From Podarcis liolepis (Eukaryota), in NCBI GenBank assembly GCA_965112155.1, contig OZ218098.1: a DNA stretch of 64,000 bases. One strand, given 5' to 3'. This document shows, one piece after another, positions 61,701 to 64,000 of the stretch. The translations under genes were made by a program, and so were the position numbers. The notes under the pieces are model-generated. The model was not told the origin of the DNA, ran no database searches, and worked only from the letters and a program-made list of their open reading frames with translations. Within the stretch, counting starts at the first letter, position 1; each line of letters begins with the position of its first letter.

Positions 61701-64000
61701 AAAATGCACACATTTCCCAAATAGTTCAAAGCAATGCACAACATAAAAGGTTACAATCGCAGAAACTATTGGGGAGGGGGGAACGCAACTGCCTTTATAA
61801 TCTGTACAATATTCGGTGCTGCCATCCTTTTCTAAAGCAGGACTATAGCATGCCTTTCCCACGTCACTCCTCAACGACTGTGTTTATTGGCTCCTCCAAG
61901 GTGGTTACTGCTTTCATTCACTTAGCTCTATGTGGGGTTGGTATCCTTTATGACTATCCCAGCAGGGAAGAATGGCCAGGCCATGTTCTACGTTGCCTGC
62001 TTGGCCTAGCCTAGCCCCAAACAATCTCATATTTAGACAATGAGTGCAAGGGAGCAAGGCAGCAGAGACACTTCCAACTTAGGGAAATTTTCTGTGGAGT
62101 TTCATGTCTGTAAAAGGAGCGGGAGTCAGAAGCTGAAAAGGAGGCAAGTGATGTCCCGTGTTTCTCTCTGATCTTATGCATACAGCTTGAATGAGGCAGA
62201 GGAAGCCCCATCAGGGAATATGGCCAGGGATGGGACATTGAAACCTTTTGGCTCTTCAGGCTAATGCCTAGGCCCTTGGGTAACACCAGCTGCCTTGTTT
62301 TGAGTAACAAAGCATATAACTTTAATACATGTATATAATTCTATCCATGTTTAATTGTTTTAAAATAATTGTTTTTATCTTATGTTTGTACCAGTTCTTG
62401 TTCTTATCTGTAAGCTGCCTTGAGTCCCATCAGGGGAAAAAGCAGGGTATAAATAAATATATCATAATATCAGTTAATATTAACCAAGTGGTCAGAAGCC
62501 AAGAAGGAACAGGATCCTCACTTTATTATTGACTCTCATGGGATGTTTAGCTGCCTTATCACAGAGCTAGGAGGGGTACATTTAAATCTCTTTGAATTCT
62601 GCTTAGGATTTCAGCACCTTGGAGAATTGGATGTCATCCACAAAGTGGGTCACCTCACCTCGACTCCAGATCTTTTATGAACAAACTAAATGGCACCAAT
62701 CCCAGTGAAGATCCTTGGGAGAATCCACAGAGAAACTCCACTGCAGAAACAGATCTTTAATTCTGACTGTCTGCCACTTGACATACAGGTTCGTTTTCTA
62801 CATGCAAGCAGCCATAGAAACAGGGGCCTTCAGTGCAAGTAGGCAACATGGAACTCCACACAGTGAGGCACTTGTGCGAGTGACGTCCCTATGGTTTGAC
62901 ACAGTCTTCCCCCAAACTGATGCCCACCAGAAGTTTTGGACTACAACTCCCATCAGCCACCTCCCATGATGAGGAAGGGTTGGGTTCCGTTTTTGGTCCC
63001 AGATGGACCAAATATTCCAGATGGAATATAATTCCATAATAGTTGTTGCCTGGGTGTGTGAGAGAATGAATGGTGAGTGGGTGTTTGTACATGGATGAGA
63101 GAGGAGGACTATGGTGTGGTTCTGGCCCTGCTTCTTGCTGGTATGGCCTTCAAAAGATTACCCCAAGGGAATGTGGCCCTTTACAGAAGAAATGCTCTCA
63201 ACACTGCCTTTTCTACCTGCTGCCTTATGCTGTCACAGCCAGGCGTGATCGAAGTAGCAGAAATTACTCCATTTGGACCAGATTCTCTGATCTGTGGTGA
63301 TCTACAGCTTGTATTTCCTCAGTGCAACTATTTGCTTTTACTTTATATATCAAACCCCACTTCCTCTGTGCTTTAAAGCACTTTAAACAGCTCTGATCTG
63401 CTTTCTCCTAGAGCTTCAAGATATCAATAAATCCTAAATATTTCTGACAGGTCTTAGGAATGTTTCTTCCAGGGAAGCCTGGATGGGTCTGGTCTGAGAG
63501 AAAAACCATTCATTTCATGGAAGATTTGCAAGGTGTGGTGGGAGTCAAGGTTTCGGCAAGCAGAGAAGCATCTGCAGGGCTCAGCAATGCTATTTGAGAT
63601 GAGAAGGGAAGGATGTGTGCCCCTCAGATATGTAGAAGCTGCAAGGACAGATGGAGGCTTTTAGTGCCAGTAGTGGGGCAGTTAGAGCTGGACCTTGAGG
63701 CCAAAGTCCAGGCAGAGAGTGGCAAAGGATGGGCACAGTGGCAAGCAGGCTTCCTATCAGCATCTACCCCAGCACAGGCATGATGGGACCTGCCAGGAAT
63801 GATGCTCTGCAGAATCATTTTTTTTCTTAATAACATTTTATAAACTGGACTGGCTGCCCAGGCATCTACATGGCTATAGGCATTAATTTCATTATTTTTA
63901 CTTTAAAAAATGTTGTTCGTTCAGAAGGGAAGGGAGGGAATATCCTTTTCTACAACAAAATGGGGCTTATTCCCAAGTAAATGTGTTTACCACCAAGACA

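Noticed and set aside
57300-64000. Exons of a neighbouring gene such as DNPEP
   Set aside because: No recognisable protein motifs or convincing exon structure in any frame.

Overview
Vertebrate genomic DNA from a squamate reptile, probably a lacertid lizard, judged from a Sauria-type SINE, squamate CR1 and tRNA-derived SINEs. Both genes are on the minus strand. (1) A complete 9-exon desmin gene (DES): CDS 54144->42625, 1386 nt, 461 aa, all introns GT-AG, with a TATA-like box, E-box, candidate upstream enhancer and an AATAAA at 41327-41332. (2) About 8 kb downstream, the 5' end of SPEG: the Ig-domain first exon (33061->32638), a very long first intron, and an internal CpG-island promoter (~6.5-7.8 kb) feeding two small exons that encode MKKIWVKKRLQ-KGGHSRRFGRFTH. 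The shared downstream SPEG exons were not found and presumably lie left of position 1. The most unusual signal is a candidate 14+26 nt microexon pair whose summed length (40 nt) and exit phase match the 40-nt SPEG exon, suggesting a further N-terminal variant. The rest is intronic/intergenic sequence with a young 5'-truncated CR1, RTE and L2 fragments, SINEs, TA-flanked MITEs, foldback elements, microsatellites and one 130-N gap. Most entries in the ORF track are spurious. Comparisons with mammalian genes and repeat consensuses are from memory and were not searched.
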